Below are positions 25,455-34,473 of a stretch of DNA of 39,728 nt, in pieces. The first letter of the stretch is position 1, and every line of letters starts with the position of its first letter. Both the position numbers and the translations under genes were made by a program. Source of the stretch: a virus (taxonomy: Duplodnaviria > Caudoviricetes); IMG/VR virus record IMGVR_UViG_3300013132_000098, positions 1-39,728 of that record. One strand, 5' to 3'. The notes beneath the pieces were generated by a model. The model was not told the DNA's origin, made no database searches, and saw only the letters and a list, made by a program, of their open reading frames with translations.

Positions 25455-25862
25455 ATGTTCATGTGGCTTTACAACGACAAAGAGATTGGTGATGAAGATA
25501 TAGAAGGCTATGTTTCATTCGTATATCGCATCACCAATCTAGAAACAGGAAGACAATATATTGGTAAAAAAGTCCTCAAGACATACCAAAGAAAAAAAGT
25601 CAAAGGCAAAACGCGAAAAAAGAAAGTCCAGAAAGAATCAGACTGGAAATCTTACTACGGATCTAACCTCATACTTCTTGGAGATGTTGAGAAACTGGGA
25701 CGAGACAAGTTCAAACGAGAAATCCTAAAACTTTGTAAGACACGCGGAACAGCAAACTACTGGGAAGCATGGTATCAGATGAACGAGAAAGTTCTAGAAT
25801 CTGATAACTACTACAATGACCACATCTGGGTCCGTGTTCATCGCTCTCATATAAAATCATAA
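25455..25862 (+). CDS. GIY-YIG endonuclease, T4 endonuclease II (DenA)-like
   Basis: FVYRITN...YIGKK, ESDWKSYYGS, FKREIL, YYNDHI. Confidence 0.75.
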   Translation: MFMWLYNDKEIGDEDIEGYVSFVYRITNLETGRQYIGKKVLKTYQRKKVKGKTRKKKVQKESDWKSYYGSNLILLGDVEKLGRDKFKREILKLCKTRGTANYWEAWYQMNEKVLESDNYYNDHIWVRVHRSHIKS

Positions 25863-25945
25863 CTGCGACAATGTTGCACTTGCTTTCAAATGCTGCATGT
25901 GCTAAATATGAATGTATCAATAACAACTCAGAAAGGAGTCCTACC

Positions 25946-26137
25946 ATGATTGCATGGGGAAGAATGATGATGTCGGCTATGAATGGTTTTCGCAAAAATA
26001 ATGATACTGGTTTAGTAAGAATGTTTCGCGTTGAATACGCAAACGAGTACCGCCACATGGAAAAGATGGGATGTGAAATAAATGACAGTTTTGTGAAGCA
26101 ATTCTTATCAGACAGAAAACAATCACAGACAGCCTAA
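25946..26137 (+). CDS. Hypothetical protein
   Basis: AAAGGAG RBS before ATG 25946. Confidence 0.6.
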   Translation: MIAWGRMMMSAMNGFRKNNDTGLVRMFRVEYANEYRHMEKMGCEINDSFVKQFLSDRKQSQTA

Positions 26138-26165
26138 AATAGCAATAATACTACTGATAGTTGTG

Positions 26166-26239
26166 TAGCAGGTATGTGCCCATCGCATACCTGCTATGCT
26201 TTTGGAAACATTGAAACCCGCGCTTGTCATCACTATCTA
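26166..26239 (+). promoter_or_regulatory. Early promoter P1 with upstream palindrome
   Basis: TAGCAGGTATG-N9-CATACCTGCTA, then TTGAAA-17-TATCTA. Confidence 0.7.
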
Positions 26240-26245
26240 TAGGAC

Positions 26246-26344
26246 ATGATGATACGACTCCCCTTCCTTCGCACCCTCTACCGCTTCTTCATTGGCCCGC
26301 TTCCCCGCCGTATGCGCCAGGTGCATGGCAGACATGCGGTTTGA
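26246..26344 (+). CDS. Putative leaderless small protein (32 aa)
   Basis: MMIRLPFLRTLYRFFIGPLPRR...; ATG at the predicted +1 of P1. Confidence 0.35.
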   Translation: MMIRLPFLRTLYRFFIGPLPRRMRQVHGRHAV

Positions 26345-26377
26345 TCGCTTTAAAATCCCGACTCCAATCACTATATT
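26310..26377 (+). promoter_or_regulatory. Early promoter P2
   Basis: GTATGCGCCAGGTGCATG element, TTTAAA-17-TATATT. Confidence 0.65.
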
Positions 26378-26401
26378 ATAAGAGTAACAAGAGAGGTTCT
26401 A

Positions 26402-26758
26402 ATGGCTAAGGTAAAAGTCCCGGTTGAGTTTCTGTCTGATTATGCTCAGTACATCAAGACTGATTACATCAAGTGGTGGGGTGCTAAGGCATCTCAGCCG
26501 CATGTTCAGGAGATGATTGCTGACTTCACTATCACGTTTGAGCCTGGTTCGTCTTATATCAAGGTCGTCAAGGCTAACGCTGACGGCTCTCAGGCTTCGG
26601 TTCACTCCTTTATTGTGAACAAGGACACGAAAAAGTATCTCGCTGGCACGATTCTCAAGCCTGCGTCTTTCAAGGCTCCCGCAACCAATTTCGGACGCGC
26701 ACACCTCTACTATCGCGATTCTTGGGAAGGTCGTGTGACCTGGACTGGCGCTAACTAA
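26402..26758 (+). CDS. Conserved early phage protein
   Basis: VHSFI...GTILKPASFKAPA...R motif; GAGAGG RBS. Confidence 0.7.
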   Translation: MAKVKVPVEFLSDYAQYIKTDYIKWWGAKASQPHVQEMIADFTITFEPGSSYIKVVKANADGSQASVHSFIVNKDTKKYLAGTILKPASFKAPATNFGRAHLYYRDSWEGRVTWTGAN

Positions 26759-26781
26759 TCAATTCAACTGGAGATAATAAC

Positions 26782-27045
26782 ATGAATCGTCGTGAATATA
26801 ACGGTTGGTCTAATTACGAAACTTGGCTTGTGTCTATGTGGTAGGGTGATGTTTTCACCGACATGGCTAACGAAGGCGAAAATGTCACTGCTGAGTATAT
26901 GCAGTCTTTCGTTGAAGAGATGCTGGAATCTGACGGTGCCCTGCCGCAGTACGGCTTTGCCGCTGATATCATGAACGTGGCCCTCCGCGAGGTTGACTGG
27001 GATGAGTTGGCTGAGCATTATGAGGTGGAAGAGGAAGATGCGTAA
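26782..27045 (+). pseudogene. YNGW.NYETW-family phage gene interrupted by an in-frame TAG
   Basis: GGAG RBS, MNRREYNGWSNYETWLVSMW, TAG at 26842-26844, then the same frame continues to 27045. Confidence 0.65.
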
Positions 27046-27157
27046 TCATATAGCAAAGGTTCTGTGGGCGCCGAAGTTTCGCCCGCAGAAAATCAAGTCC
27101 GTCAAAGTCTATTCGCGTAAAATCAAGCACAAGAGAAAGTCCAATGACTCCGTTTAG
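27038..27157 (+). CDS. Small basic ArfA-like protein (39 aa)
   Basis: MRNHIAKVLWAPKFRPQKIKSVKVYSRKIKHK; GAGG RBS. Confidence 0.55.
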   Translation: MRNHIAKVLWAPKFRPQKIKSVKVYSRKIKHKRKSNDSV

Positions 27158-27323
27158 AACGTATGAAGAGATTCCGATACTCATTCAAGAATATATCTTG
27201 ACAGTGGCTGACGAAAAGTCTATTATGGACATACCTCTTGAAGATATCAATTCCTTTATTGATGGTCTTCATCAGTATTACGAAACGAAGCCTGAACTTG
27301 AAGAAGATGGATGGGTGCTATAA
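27144..27323 (+). CDS. Hypothetical acidic protein (59 aa)
   Basis: Fills the gap between coupled ORFs; TAATG overlap with the next gene. Confidence 0.55.
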   Translation: MTPFRTYEEIPILIQEYILTVADEKSIMDIPLEDINSFIDGLHQYYETKPELEEDGWVL

Positions 27324-27676
27324 TGGAAGTTTACTCTGGTTCTTTTGCGTCTTGGTCCGATGTGTGTCGTGAATTCCAAGAACTTGTAGATTTGCCCGAC
27401 GAAGTATTGTTGGCTGTGTATGACTCTCAGGCGTATGAGGGTTATGCCGATGTGATATACCGTCAGGCTGACCGATACTACTGGGTGCATAGTTCTCACT
27501 GTTCGTGCTGCGGACTTGAGGATCAGTGGTCTCCTGAAGAGTATTCGGCTGAACTGCTCGTAGCGGCCTTGCGCCGTGGCGACCACTTCTACTGGTCCGA
27601 AGACTCTGCGGCTCTCCGTGATGCTGTTATAGACCGTGTTCTCGCGCGGTCTTCCTATGATTTGGGGCACGCTTAA
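27323..27676 (+). CDS. Hypothetical phage protein
   Basis: YEGYA...SHCSCCGLEDQW motif; TAATG-coupled. Confidence 0.65.
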   Translation: MEVYSGSFASWSDVCREFQELVDLPDEVLLAVYDSQAYEGYADVIYRQADRYYWVHSSHCSCCGLEDQWSPEEYSAELLVAALRRGDHFYWSEDSAALRDAVIDRVLARSSYDLGHA

Positions 27677-28038
27677 TGGCACTGGTATATACCAAGACTT
27701 CCTCTGGTCGCAAAAAGCCGTCTGCTAAAACTTTGCGGATGCGCGAGGAACGTAAGGCTTATTTCGCGTCTATTCTCAAGAATTCAGCAAAGGAACGCCC
27801 GCTCAATTTGCCTGAGCCGCTTGAACAAAAGTCACTCCCGCCGCTGTCTAACTCGGTCGGCAATGGCTTCAAGCGGTCAGTTGATGATTACAAGTGGAAG
27901 CGCGACCGTGAAGAGTCTGCGGCTACTATCGCAGAGATTGAGCGCAAGAAGACTCGCGTGGCTCCTGGTTGGAACAAGGGTGCGGTTCAATACTTGACTG
28001 ACGGCACCGATCCTGCTACAATTGGTCGTAAGATATAA
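27676..28038 (+). CDS. Hypothetical basic protein
   Basis: VAPGWNKGAVQY C-terminal motif; coupled ORF. Confidence 0.65.
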   Translation: MALVYTKTSSGRKKPSAKTLRMREERKAYFASILKNSAKERPLNLPEPLEQKSLPPLSNSVGNGFKRSVDDYKWKRDREESAATIAEIERKKTRVAPGWNKGAVQYLTDGTDPATIGRKI

Positions 28039-28053
28039 AGAAAGGTAATGTAA

Positions 28054-28308
28054 ATGTTCAAATATGATCTCGGTCAGACTGTCTTTTATTTGAAGGATAA
28101 CAAGTTCAATTCTTCACAGATTCTTTCACGCAAGTTGATTGAAACTCTGCCTGATAAGGAAAACTATTCAACCAGTTTTGGTAAAAACTCAATCGTATAT
28201 GCTGTCGCAACTGGCAGTTATTATGAACATGCTCTGTTTGATAGTGTGGATGGACTTGCATATCATCTGAAAAAAGAATTGGTGGAACATAAAATTGGTG
28301 GAACATAA
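28054..28308 (+). CDS. Hypothetical protein
   Basis: ORF with AAGG RBS. Confidence 0.6.
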   Translation: MFKYDLGQTVFYLKDNKFNSSQILSRKLIETLPDKENYSTSFGKNSIVYAVATGSYYEHALFDSVDGLAYHLKKELVEHKIGGT

Positions 28309-28722
28309 ATGAGTGACTTTCCTGAACTGGACAAACTTGTAGAAGAGTGTCCATATGAAACGAAACTGGCCGTCACTGCTTGGATAATCCGCAACATTGT
28401 GGATCACGCTCAACAGGGCGGCTCTTATCGTTATCTGATCTATGATCGGCTTGGTTTTGATATTGATGCTTATGTTCCTTTATATGAAGCAGGCGGAATG
28501 GAAATCTCAAATAACTTTGACTTAGACCAAATACCTGCTATAATAAAGACTGTGCAGGAACACAAGTTTGAGCCGTTGAAGAATCTGCTAAATCTATGTG
28601 ATGAACCAGATTGCTTTGATGGAATCTCTTGTGGTTGGCCAAGTGATAATGGTTATCGTCGCACATGCCATAGACATTCAAAATTTGTGAAAGAGACGGA
28701 CAATGAGCAAGTGGGGAAGTGA
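28309..28722 (+). CDS. Hypothetical protein
   Basis: GGSYRYLIYDRLGF...Y...GGMEISN; Cys-rich C-terminus. Confidence 0.65.
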   Translation: MSDFPELDKLVEECPYETKLAVTAWIIRNIVDHAQQGGSYRYLIYDRLGFDIDAYVPLYEAGGMEISNNFDLDQIPAIIKTVQEHKFEPLKNLLNLCDEPDCFDGISCGWPSDNGYRRTCHRHSKFVKETDNEQVGK

Positions 28723-28773
28723 AGTTGAGGTTGAACGCCGTTATCGTTGGAATCTAAGTAAGGGATATTACAA

Positions 28774-28938
28774 GTGAAAGAATATACGGTAAGATATCAT
28801 CTTGGTGCTTATGTCTATGAGTCTGTCGTGAGAACTTCAAGTTCTCGCGCTGCAATGCTTTGGGTTGAAGCAATCGGTGGATATAATCCTGTTGTGATGA
28901 AAGAAGTAGAATTGCCTGAAGAGCGGTATGCAAAATGA
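28774..28938 (+). CDS. Hypothetical protein (54 aa)
   Basis: GTG start with AGGGA RBS; ATGA overlap with the next ORF. Confidence 0.45.
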   Translation: MKEYTVRYHLGAYVYESVVRTSSSRAAMLWVEAIGGYNPVVMKEVELPEERYAK

Positions 28939-29135
28939 AGACACTGAGTGAATATAACACTGAATGGTCTGAGAAGAACAAGAAGCTTGGTCGCGGTGAA
29001 AAGTGGATCAATCTAGCTTGTGATCACTGCGGGCATGAACTCACAGGAGAAAACAGTTTGCTAATGTCTAGCCCTCCGCAACAGAACATCTATTGTCCGA
29101 GTTGTGGTTGGTCAGGTAGGAGATTTGTATATTGA
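28935..29135 (+). CDS. Small zinc-finger protein
   Basis: CDHCG...CPSCGW. Confidence 0.65.
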   Translation: MKTLSEYNTEWSEKNKKLGRGEKWINLACDHCGHELTGENSLLMSSPPQQNIYCPSCGWSGRRFVY

Positions 29136-29794
29136 AGTTCGGTATCTTTTCAGACCTGCACATGGAGTTTGAGCCGTGGTTCTTTGAACCCGATCCTGAT
29201 GTGTTCTATCTCAACGCAGGCGACACACATCCGCAACAGTTGACCCGCGATTACTTTATGAAGATCATGGGTCCCAACTATTTCTATGTGTATGGTAATC
29301 ATGACTACTACGGCGGAACATTCAAGGATGCTGAGCTTGATGTGTTTAGTCGCAGTGTAAATGGTCTAAAGATTGCTGGCGCTACTCTGTGGACTGATAT
29401 TCGTCCTGATCGCTGGTGGGACTTCCGTGAGTACATGATGGACTATCGTTGCATCAAGGGCATGAACTATGATAGATATATGAATGCTCATAAGACGCAT
29501 CATGACTATCTATTCAACTCTGGCGCTGATATCTGGGTTGTGCATCACTGCCCATCGTTCCAGTCCGTGCATGAGAAGTATCGTAACTCAAACGGAAATG
29601 ACTTCTTTGCTACAGAACTATCTCACAAGATTTTGGACATGAAGAAGCCGCCGAAGTTGATCGTGCATGGCCACACGCATGAGCGAATGGACTACATGAT
29701 CGGCGATACTCGCGTGGTCTGTAACCCTCGCGGATATCCTAACGAAAACGAATGGTATAAGAACTATGAACCCCTCATTGTGGAAATTGACTAA
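29132..29794 (+). CDS. Metallophosphoesterase (calcineurin-like)
   Basis: SDLH, AGD, GNHDYY, VHHCP, HGHTH, NPRGY. Confidence 0.9.
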   Translation: MKFGIFSDLHMEFEPWFFEPDPDVFYLNAGDTHPQQLTRDYFMKIMGPNYFYVYGNHDYYGGTFKDAELDVFSRSVNGLKIAGATLWTDIRPDRWWDFREYMMDYRCIKGMNYDRYMNAHKTHHDYLFNSGADIWVVHHCPSFQSVHEKYRNSNGNDFFATELSHKILDMKKPPKLIVHGHTHERMDYMIGDTRVVCNPRGYPNENEWYKNYEPLIVEID

Positions 29795-29988
29795 TGACTA
29801 TTAAACAACGTGCTGCTGTTAATACTGCTTTGGCATTAGGTGTGATTGCTATTATCTTTTCCATTGCGAGTGTGTGGCCGCCAATCTTAGGATATGTTAT
29901 GCTTACCTTAGTTGCCTCTTTTTTTATCGGTTTCATTTATGGAATTTTTTATCATATTGAAGAGGGAAGGCGCAACAAATGGAAGTAG
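29794..29988 (+). CDS. Small membrane protein (2 TM)
   Basis: Two hydrophobic segments. Confidence 0.6.
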   Translation: MTIKQRAAVNTALALGVIAIIFSIASVWPPILGYVMLTLVASFFIGFIYGIFYHIEEGRRNKWK

Positions 29989-30227
29989 TTATGTATTCAA
30001 AGCCCAACTGTTCATGGTGTGTCAAGGCTAAGGAGTTGATGAACAAAATCGGCTTGAAGTATGATGAGAAAATTCTGGAGCAAGACTATACCCGAGACTA
30101 TCTTATGCTGCTTGTTCCTGAAAATCTGCCGCTGACTGTTCCACAAATCTTTGTGAATGGCAATCGTATTGGTGGCTATGAAGACTTTGCTGAATGGTGT
30201 GATAATCATGGATACGGCGATGGATAA
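29979..30227 (+). CDS. Glutaredoxin
   Basis: CSWC, TVPQIF, IGGY. Confidence 0.9.
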   Translation: MEVVMYSKPNCSWCVKAKELMNKIGLKYDEKILEQDYTRDYLMLLVPENLPLTVPQIFVNGNRIGGYEDFAEWCDNHGYGDG

Positions 30228-30399
30228 ACTCAATCGGAAAGTTCAAGATGCTACAGAAAAATTCCTTGACCGTAGAGCATTGCTCTTTATTGAGGAAGCA
30301 ATCGCAAACTATTCAGCAAGACATGGCGTAAAAAAGACTCGACAATATCTAACCTATATGCTAGACTATCTACATGAATTTGAAAGAGAGGAAAACTGA
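30220..30399 (+). CDS. Hypothetical protein
   Basis: Coupled ORF. Confidence 0.55.
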   Translation: MDKLNRKVQDATEKFLDRRALLFIEEAIANYSARHGVKKTRQYLTYMLDYLHEFEREEN

Positions 30400-30400
30400 A

Positions 30401-30676
30401 ATGTATAATGTGAGTGTGACTAAGAATATGGAAATTGATCTTGAATCTGCTGGCAACATTGTTGCACAGGTGCTTCAGGAAGACTTTGAGTTTATCTGTA
30501 AGGAAATTCATGAGTTGAAGAACAAGATGGGCAATCTCAGGGATTTTGAGATTGAAGACTTCAAGCGCAGTGCTGAAGTCCATGATGCTATGAAGGTTCT
30601 TCTTAGCTATTACATGACCAAGCGCGACTATGATGAGTTCATGGAACTTCAGAGGGTCTATGGTAATGTTGAGTAA
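30401..30676 (+). CDS. Hypothetical protein
   Basis: GAGG RBS, ORF. Confidence 0.6.
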   Translation: MYNVSVTKNMEIDLESAGNIVAQVLQEDFEFICKEIHELKNKMGNLRDFEIEDFKRSAEVHDAMKVLLSYYMTKRDYDEFMELQRVYGNVE

Positions 30677-30959
30677 GGCTGAACTGAAAGAGAATCTTTC
30701 CAAGTCTGTTGCTAAGGTCGTCTTCAACAAGAGTGATGGTTCAACTCGCATTATGAACTGCACTCTAATGGCAAACTTTCTGCCAGAGAGAAAGCTGGAC
30801 GAAAACGTCTGTAACATACCGCGCCGGGAAAACGATGATGTTCTTGCCGTGTGGGATCTTGATAACGAGGGTTGGAGGTCTTTCAACATCAATTCAGTAA
30901 TTGAAGTAGAATATATAGGAGTGAATAGAGGAAGAATCAAAAATAGAAAGGTGATATAG
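30666..30959 (+). CDS. SH3/WYL-like (DUF2693-type) T4-like protein
   Basis: VVFNKSDGSTRIMNCTL...VWDLDNEGWRSF. Confidence 0.7.
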   Translation: MLSKAELKENLSKSVAKVVFNKSDGSTRIMNCTLMANFLPERKLDENVCNIPRRENDDVLAVWDLDNEGWRSFNINSVIEVEYIGVNRGRIKNRKVI

Positions 30960-30960
30960 A

Positions 30961-31050
30961 ATGTGGCCAAGAAAGAATAGACCCCGAAAAGGGCGCCGCA
31001 AGGTGGGTTCCAAGAAGCGTAAGAAGGCCGCACGTAACCGTAAGGGATAA
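30961..31050 (+). CDS. Very basic 29-aa peptide
   Basis: MWPRKNRPRKGRRKVGSKKRKKAARNRKG; AAGGTGA RBS. Confidence 0.55.
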   Translation: MWPRKNRPRKGRRKVGSKKRKKAARNRKG

Positions 31051-31053
31051 AGT

Positions 31054-31305
31054 ATGAGCAGAAGCAGGGCTGAACGTAGACACAACCATGAACGTATGTT
31101 GAATCGCGTGAAAGGCTTTCACTGGCTAAAAGAAAAGTTTTGGCACGGTACTGAAAGTGAACGAGATTTACATATGCGGAAAATGGCTGAGACTCGGCAC
31201 CCCTGCTCTTGTTATATGTGCGGTAATCCTCGCAAACATTGGAAAGATGATACTATGCAGGAAAAGAGATTTATGGAAAAGATAAGAACTGACGATGAGT
31301 GCTGA
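31054..31305 (+). CDS. Hypothetical protein
   Basis: CSCYMCGNPRKH motif. Confidence 0.65.
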   Translation: MSRSRAERRHNHERMLNRVKGFHWLKEKFWHGTESERDLHMRKMAETRHPCSCYMCGNPRKHWKDDTMQEKRFMEKIRTDDEC

Positions 31306-31618
31306 CAACGGAATATATATTCTCAAGACCGAAGGTCCAGAATACCGTGTTGGATATCATTTAGCCATTGACAACATTTACGGCGAGTTTTCCGATGAAT
31401 CTTTTCAATGGCAAGGTGATCCTAAGGCGATGTATCTTTATTTCCATGCTGACAAGATATTTTCCAATCTAGAGGAAGCACTTGACTATGCTGGCGAACT
31501 CGTCTATAATTATGGCTATCTTGAAGACGGAATCTGTGTGATCACGGACTTTGAAGATTGGAATTTCAATAGTTTGGAGAGGACTTATGGCAAAGAAGCC
31601 AAAGACGGTTCGAGGTAA
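31295..31618 (+). CDS. Hypothetical protein
   Basis: MSADNGIYIL phage-type N-terminus. Confidence 0.6.
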   Translation: MSADNGIYILKTEGPEYRVGYHLAIDNIYGEFSDESFQWQGDPKAMYLYFHADKIFSNLEEALDYAGELVYNYGYLEDGICVITDFEDWNFNSLERTYGKEAKDGSR

Positions 31619-32714
31619 GTTTGCAGATGAAAAGTATCTTGGCTCAGAACCTGATCTTCGCGGTGATGTTACCAGTGCACAGGTCATCCAAGCATACAAT
31701 TGGTACAATTATTTTTACGACTCAGACCAAGCAAAGGGCTGGGTCATTGAGTATTTAAAAGAGTATTACAAATCAGAAAAGGAACTAATTAAAAATGTCA
31801 ACAGAATTGATAGCAATCTCACTCGTACTATTGGCTGGAATTGCCGTATACTACTACTGGGCGGCAATCTCTCAGATGAAATCAAAGAACGAAACCTTAA
31901 CAAAATCCGAACCCTTGCCGCCAGCGCCGCAGCCAGAACCAGAGACGGTGAAGCCGAAGAAGGCGCCAAGAAAGAAGAAGTCAAGCCTGTAATCTCGATT
32001 CAGGAACGTGTGGCTAATCGCGCGAATGATCTGATTGCTGAGATTGAAGGGCACCTGGACAACTTCTATCGTGATGGTACGGTATTCAAGCCTTCTGACT
32101 GGCTTTCACAAAAGGATGTTAAGCCTGCGATTGCCCAGCGCATTGCAGACTACTACAAACCTCTTTATGCTGAACTGTTTGATGCCTACAACGGCAAGGA
32201 CGTTCAGCTTAAAGAGGGCTATGCGTCTTGGAAAAAGACAAAACTGAAGATTTACATGGAGTTTGTCAAGTCTATTGTGTCTGCTGCTGAGACTCGCGCA
32301 ACTGTCGTGAAGGCCGCTCGGAAGCCGCGCAAGAAGAAGGAGAAGTCTCCTGTTCAGATTGTCGCTAAACTCAAGTATAAGGAAAAAGATGAAACGTACT
32401 CTCTACAGTCGGCTAGAGCCACTGATATACCGGGATGCAATCAACTTTGGGTATTCAATACGAAATATAGAACTCTCACTGTTTATAACGCTATGGGGCC
32501 TGCTGGGCTTGGCATCAAGGGTAGCACACTGACGGGCTTTGATGAGAAGACTTCCATCGTGAAGAAGCTTCGTAAGCCCGAACAGCAACTCAAGTCACTG
32601 CTTGATGGTGGCAAGGTCGTGCTTCGCAAGTTTATGGATGGCATCAAGTGCAAGTCTAAAGAAGCGACTGGTCGCATAAATACCGAGACAGTGCTTGTAA
32701 GGATTATCAAATGA
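31587..32714 (+). CDS. Conserved T4-like hypothetical protein
   Basis: YNWYNY, LWVFNTKYR, IKGSTLTGFD..S..KKLRKP, GRIN motifs; GAGG RBS before 31587. Confidence 0.7.
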   Translation: MAKKPKTVRGKFADEKYLGSEPDLRGDVTSAQVIQAYNWYNYFYDSDQAKGWVIEYLKEYYKSEKELIKNVNRIDSNLTRTIGWNCRILLLGGNLSDEIKERNLNKIRTLAASAAARTRDGEAEEGAKKEEVKPVISIQERVANRANDLIAEIEGHLDNFYRDGTVFKPSDWLSQKDVKPAIAQRIADYYKPLYAELFDAYNGKDVQLKEGYASWKKTKLKIYMEFVKSIVSAAETRATVVKAARKPRKKKEKSPVQIVAKLKYKEKDETYSLQSARATDIPGCNQLWVFNTKYRTLTVYNAMGPAGLGIKGSTLTGFDEKTSIVKKLRKPEQQLKSLLDGGKVVLRKFMDGIKCKSKEATGRINTETVLVRIIK

Positions 32715-33109
32715 ACAATGTATTCAAGTTTCCAGAACACAAGATCGTAAGAGAAATTACTCCACCTATTGAAGAGATAGAAGCAGCTAAAGAAAAAGGC
32801 CGTCAAAATTTTGCAGATGGTATACTTGTTGACTTCATAGATAACACACTTGGTCTCTTAGAAAATTATGGCGTTGATACAGACGGTACAGAATTTGAAA
32901 GAGATTTTTCTTTTGCAATAGATACTGTCAAAGCGGCCGTCTATCGTTCAATGGGATTAAAACATCATTTACATGATTTCGTTGACAATAATGTTACAGT
33001 CATCAAAAAAGATGACCAAGAAAAATTGGAAATTGATATTCCAAAAGAGTTGGAAGAAATCTTGGTAGAAGATGTCAACGACATCGTAAAAATTGACAAT
33101 ACAGAGTGA
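32711..33109 (+). CDS. Hypothetical protein
   Basis: NNVFKFP start; coupled ORF. Confidence 0.65.
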   Translation: MNNVFKFPEHKIVREITPPIEEIEAAKEKGRQNFADGILVDFIDNTLGLLENYGVDTDGTEFERDFSFAIDTVKAAVYRSMGLKHHLHDFVDNNVTVIKKDDQEKLEIDIPKELEEILVEDVNDIVKIDNTE

Positions 33110-33121
33110 CTACTATATACT
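33093..33121 (+). promoter_or_regulatory. Sigma70-like promoter upstream of rnh
   Basis: TTGACA-17-TATACT. Confidence 0.65.
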
Positions 33122-33145
33122 TGTATAGCAACAAGGAAAGATATA

Positions 33146-34000
33146 ATGGCAATTTTGATAGACCTTAACCAGGTCCTAATTTCTAATTTGATGCAGCAGA
33201 TCAATTCTGATCCAAAGATTAAACTTGAAGAAGCATTGATTCGTCACATGGTATTAAACAGTCTTCGTTCATATGTTCGTCAATTCAAGTCCAAGTACGG
33301 TGAGATTATCATTGCTTGTGATTCTAAAAAGTATTGGCGTCGAGAAGTTTTTCCTTTCTATAAATCCAATCGTAAGAAAGACCGAGAAAAGTCCGAGTTT
33401 GATTGGACGATCATCTTTGAAACTCTCAACAAAATTCGTGATGAATTGAAAGAACATTTTCCCTATAAAGTAATTGATGTTGAGGGCGCAGAAGCCGATG
33501 ATGTTATTGGTGTCTTGGCTCCAAGACTAGCTACTAGTAGTGAGGTTTTAATCCTATCTTCTGATAAAGATTTTGTTCAGTTGCAGAAGTATAAGAACGT
33601 CACACAATATAGTCCGATCTTGAAGAAGTTTATTCAGATTGAAGATCCAACGCGCTATGTGAAAGAACATATCATCAAGGGCGACAGAGGTGACGGTATA
33701 CCAAACTTTCTGTCGGCTGATAATATTTTCGCTCTTGGCGGAAGACAAAAATCCATAAATACTAATAAGCTGAATGAATGGCTCATGCAAAGCCCGGAAG
33801 AGTTTTGCACGAATGAAATTCTTCTTCGTGGATATAAGAGAAACCAAATGCTGGTTGATCTTGACTATATCCCAGAAAATATCAAGAAGGCCATCGTTGA
33901 CACTTTTGATAACACAAAGGTCGGCAGCAAACAGAAGCTTTTGAACTATTTTATAGAGAAGAAACTAAAAAACCTAATTGAAGTATTGGATGAGTTTTAA
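33146..34000 (+). CDS. rnh: T4-type RNase H (5'-3' exonuclease)
   Basis: ILIDLNQ, YWRR..FP.YK.NR, EADDVI, SSDKDFVQL, KGDRGDGIPN. Confidence 0.92.
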   Translation: MAILIDLNQVLISNLMQQINSDPKIKLEEALIRHMVLNSLRSYVRQFKSKYGEIIIACDSKKYWRREVFPFYKSNRKKDREKSEFDWTIIFETLNKIRDELKEHFPYKVIDVEGAEADDVIGVLAPRLATSSEVLILSSDKDFVQLQKYKNVTQYSPILKKFIQIEDPTRYVKEHIIKGDRGDGIPNFLSADNIFALGGRQKSINTNKLNEWLMQSPEEFCTNEILLRGYKRNQMLVDLDYIPENIKKAIVDTFDNTKVGSKQKLLNYFIEKKLKNLIEVLDEF

Positions 34001-34425
34001 TGTACCAGAACATATATGAAATATTCCGCGATTTTGAAAGAGCGCCTGATAGAGCATCTAAAATAGCCGTTCTTCAAAAGAATAAGAGGCAGACTTTGCT
34101 TGATGTATTACAGGGCGCTTTTCATCCCGATATTAAATACGTAATTAAGTCTAAACCGTCATTTAGAAAGTCTGATGCGCCTCCTGGCATGGGATATTCA
34201 TCAATTGATGTTGAGATGAGGCGCATCTATCTATTTGTTGAAGGTTCTAAGAGTGCGCCAAAAGAATTAACCGACATTAGAAGACAGCAACTTTTAATTC
34301 AAATATTAGAATCCCTTGAAGCATCAGAATCTGAGGTGTTCATGAATATGATTTTGAAGGACCTGAAGGTCAAAGGTCTAACATACAAGATTGTTCAGGA
34401 AGCTTTTCCTGAACTTTTACCGTAA
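34000..34425 (+). CDS. Conserved T4-like hypothetical protein following rnh
   Basis: RRQQLLIQILESL...GLTYKIVQEAFP. Confidence 0.7.
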   Translation: MYQNIYEIFRDFERAPDRASKIAVLQKNKRQTLLDVLQGAFHPDIKYVIKSKPSFRKSDAPPGMGYSSIDVEMRRIYLFVEGSKSAPKELTDIRRQQLLIQILESLEASESEVFMNMILKDLKVKGLTYKIVQEAFPELLP

Positions 34426-34473
34426 TGTAAGTGATGATTGATTTTACTATGTCATTTTTTCTAAAGGGCAAAA

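Noticed and set aside
28703-28777. 24-aa ORF MSKWGSEVEVERRYRW..., possibly a truncated gene remnant
   Set aside because: Too short to support a call
30287-31033. 248-aa minus-strand ORF and the other antisense ORFs in the track
   Set aside because: Shadow ORFs opposite well-supported, RBS-bearing plus-strand genes, with no recognisable motifs
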